Shown in pieces: positions 61,420 to 64,000 of a DNA stretch of 64,000 bases. The notes beneath the pieces were generated by a model that saw only the letters and a program-made list of their open reading frames with translations, was not told the origin of the DNA and made no database searches. Both the position numbers and the translations under genes were made by a program. Each line of letters starts with the position of its first letter. Positions within the stretch are counted from its first letter, which is position 1. The DNA comes from Alphaproteobacteria bacterium (lineage in GTDB: Bacteria > Pseudomonadota > Alphaproteobacteria > UBA828): positions 3,232,001 through 3,296,000 of the forward strand of contig CBDEFM010000002.1 in the NCBI GenBank assembly GCA_965237415.1, read 5' to 3'.

Positions 61420-62526
61420 ATGAGCGGGAGGGGCGGAATCGACTTCGCCTTTGTGGCGGCGCCGGTGGGCGAGGAGGGGCTCTCCGACGCCGCGCTCTAC
61501 AAGGAGATTCTGGCGGACTGCGACTTCGCTCACCGGGCCGGCTACCGCGCGGCCTGGATGATCGAGCATCATTTCTCCGACTACTTCCCGACGCCCAACC
61601 CCTTGGCCTTCCTCTCCCACATCGCCGCGCGCTTCCCGGATTTCGCGCTCGGCACCTGCGTGCTGGTGACGCCCTGGTACGAGCCGCTCAGGCTCGCCGA
61701 GGAGATCGCGCAGCTCAACCTGCTCACCGACCAGCCGCTCCATCTCGGCCTCGGCCGGGGCACGGCGAAGTACGAGTACGACGCCTTCGGCGTGGCGATG
61801 GAGGAGAGCCGGCAGCGCTTCCGCGAGGTCTGGGAGATCGTGAGCACCGCGCTCGCCGGCGGGCGCTTCCGCTACGAAGGCCAGTATCTCAGCGTCCCCA
61901 CCCGCGTCGAGCTGCGCCCCCGCTCCGACACGAGCAAGATCAACTTCTACGGCGCCGTCGGCGGCAGCCCTGAGTCGGGCGCGGTGATGGCCTCGCTTGG
62001 CCTCCCGCCGATCATGACCGCCTTCAGCAATCTGCCGCTGCAGCGCGAGGCGCTCTCCGGCTGGAAGGAGGCGGCAGAGACCCACGGTATGGACGTGAAC
62101 GCCTTCCGCTACCCGATGATGGTCAACTGCATCATCGCCGATGAGGACGAGGAGGCCTACGCGCTCGCCAAGCGCTACATCCCGCGCTTCCAGCAGGCGC
62201 AGATCGACCATTACGAGGCCGACGACGGGCATTTCGAGACCCTCTCGACCTACACCGCCTGGGCCAGGATCTTCGCCAAGATGAAGGAGCGCACCGATCC
62301 CGCCAACATCCCGCCCTGGGCCGACGGGCAGTTCGTGGGCTCGCCCGAGACCGTGCGCCAGCGGGTCGAAGCTTACGTGGATGCGGGCTTCAACAGCTTC
62401 CTCATCCACACGGCGACGCCCGGCGTGCCGCGCCGCCACCGGCAGGCCTGGCTCGGCCGCTTTGCGGACGAGGTGGCGCCCTGTTTCGCCGGCGGCGAGG
62501 CGTTGCGCGCCGCCGCCAGCGCCTGA
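61420..62526 (+). CDS. LLM class flavin-dependent oxidoreductase
   Basis: WMIEHHFS, PLRLAEEIAQL, LGLGRG. Confidence 0.88.
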   Translation: MSGRGGIDFAFVAAPVGEEGLSDAALYKEILADCDFAHRAGYRAAWMIEHHFSDYFPTPNPLAFLSHIAARFPDFALGTCVLVTPWYEPLRLAEEIAQLNLLTDQPLHLGLGRGTAKYEYDAFGVAMEESRQRFREVWEIVSTALAGGRFRYEGQYLSVPTRVELRPRSDTSKINFYGAVGGSPESGAVMASLGLPPIMTAFSNLPLQREALSGWKEAAETHGMDVNAFRYPMMVNCIIADEDEEAYALAKRYIPRFQQAQIDHYEADDGHFETLSTYTAWARIFAKMKERTDPANIPPWADGQFVGSPETVRQRVEAYVDAGFNSFLIHTATPGVPRRHRQAWLGRFADEVAPCFAGGEALRAAASA

Positions 62527-62563
62527 CGGGCGCCACCCGCGGGTGTCCGAGAAGGAAGCGACC

Positions 62564-63499
62564 ATGAAGCTCGACCCCGCGCTTGCGGAGATCCTCGCCT
62601 CGCTCGACCCGAGCGCTGAGACGCCGGTCGAGGCGATGACGCCGGAAGACGCGCGCAGGGTGTGGAAGGAGGAGATGGCGGCCGTCGCCGGCCCGCGGCT
62701 GCCGGTGAAATCCGTCAGCACGCACGAGGCGCCCGGGCCTGCCGGGCCGCTCGCGGTGCGCCTCTACGAGCCGGAGGGGGCCGGCGCCGGCCCGCAGCCG
62801 ATCCTCGTCTACTGCCACGGCGGTGGCTGGATTCGCGGCGACCTCGACACCCACGACGATGTCTGCCGCTACCTCTGCCATCACGCGGGCTGCCTGGTGG
62901 CGTCGGTGGCCTATCGCCTCGCGCCGGAGCACCGCTTCCCCGCAGCACTTGAGGACTGCGACGCCGCGACCCGTTGGGTGGCGGAGAACGCCGCCCGCCT
63001 CGGCGCCGATCCGGACCGTCTCGCCATCGGCGGCGACAGCGCCGGCGGCAACATCGCCTGCGGGGTGACGCTCAAGGCGCGCGATCGCGGCCGCCCGGCA
63101 ATCGCCTTTCAACTCCTCATCTATCCGGCGACCGACCTCGCCGGCGAGACCGAGTCCAAGCGGCTCTACTCCTCGGGCTACCTGCTCGACTCGATGCCCT
63201 TCTACGTCGCGAGCTACCTGGGGCCGGAGGGCGATGCGGCCGCGCCGCTCGCCTCGCCGCTGCTGGCGCCGGACCTTTCCAACCTGCCACCGGCCTTCGT
63301 AATGACCGCCGGCTTCGATCCGCTGCGGGACGAGGGCGAGGCCTACGCCAGGCGGCTAGAAGCGGCAGGCGTGCCCACGGACCATCGCTGCCATGAGAGC
63401 ATGATCCACGGCTTCGTCTCGATCACCGGCCTGATCGAGAATGCCGAGGCCGGTTTGGCCGACGCGGCGGCGGCGTTGCGTGCCGCCTTCAACCAGTGA
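62564..63499 (+). CDS. HSL-family alpha/beta hydrolase (esterase)
   Basis: HGGGW, GDSAGG, DPLRDEG, HGF. Confidence 0.92.
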   Translation: MKLDPALAEILASLDPSAETPVEAMTPEDARRVWKEEMAAVAGPRLPVKSVSTHEAPGPAGPLAVRLYEPEGAGAGPQPILVYCHGGGWIRGDLDTHDDVCRYLCHHAGCLVASVAYRLAPEHRFPAALEDCDAATRWVAENAARLGADPDRLAIGGDSAGGNIACGVTLKARDRGRPAIAFQLLIYPATDLAGETESKRLYSSGYLLDSMPFYVASYLGPEGDAAAPLASPLLAPDLSNLPPAFVMTAGFDPLRDEGEAYARRLEAAGVPTDHRCHESMIHGFVSITGLIENAEAGLADAAAALRAAFNQ

Positions 63500-63515
63500 G
63501 AGAGGGAGCGGCGCC

Positions 63516-64000
63516 ATGAGCGAAGGATTCGCCGGCCAGGCCTGCGTGATGACGGGCGCGGGTGGGGGCATGGGGCTTGCCATCGCCAGCGCGCTCCGCG
63601 CCGAGGGCTGCGCAGTCACCGCCATCGACCCCAAGCCCGAGCCGCCCGAGTTTGCCGAAGGCGCCGGTGCCGCCGGGCGCTACGTCGAGGGCGATGCCAC
63701 CGACGAGGCGCTGGTCGCACGCACCGTCGCAGACGCCTTCGACGCGTGCGCGCGGCTCGACTATCTGGTCAATGCCGCCGGCGTCGGCTGGTACGACCGG
63801 GACGGCTCCATCGCCGACATGGAGATGGCGATCTGGCACCGGGTGATGGAGATCAACCTCACCGCGTCCGCGCTCATGGCGCGCCATGCCGTGCCTTTGC
63901 TCCGGCGCACCGGCGCGGGCGGGGCGATGGTCCACATCGCGAGCGTCGTGGGACTGCGCAACATGGAGAACATCCTGGTGGACGGGCCGATCGACGCCTA
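63516..64000 (+). CDS. SDR family oxidoreductase (truncated by the window end)
   Basis: Manual translation MSEGFAGQACVMTGAGGGMG..LVNAAG. Confidence 0.85.
   Translation, partial: MSEGFAGQACVMTGAGGGMGLAIASALRAEGCAVTAIDPKPEPPEFAEGAGAAGRYVEGDATDEALVARTVADAFDACARLDYLVNAAGVGWYDRDGSIADMEMAIWHRVMEINLTASALMARHAVPLLRRTGAGGAMVHIASVVGLRNMENILVDGPIDA

Overview
GC-rich alphaproteobacterial chromosome segment. The taxonomic call rests on a permuted two-piece tmRNA, an alpha-type SspB and an alpha-type porin. Positions 1-37 kb are mostly core genes: ilvC-ilvN-ilvB, miaA, DUF1015, hflKC, mrp, thyX, ssrA, sspB, fumC, aminopeptidase P, prmA, SRP RNA, dnaX-ybaB-recR, metF, a porin, phoR-pstCAB-phoU-phoB with Pho boxes, and mutS. 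This block is interrupted at 9845-13073 by an apparently intact IS1595-family element (24-bp perfect TIRs, 8-bp TSD). The element carries, in overlapping reading frames, an N4/N6 DNA methyltransferase, a SmaI-like restriction endonuclease and a 54-aa AT-hook peptide, plus one further small ORF. Positions 37-64 kb are an accessory catabolic region: a CoxMSL-like molybdo-hydroxylase, two hydantoinase/oxoprolinase A+B pairs, luciferase-like oxidoreductases, SDRs, an acyl-CoA ligase, an Fe-ADH and an esterase. It also holds four type II toxin-antitoxin loci (two with destroyed toxins), two low-GC orphan genes and several non-coding repeat families. These are a dispersed element with 10-bp-phased GGGATT tracts, CGTC-type REP doublets and a 290-bp MITE-like element. 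All family assignments come from motif recognition by eye, not from database searches.
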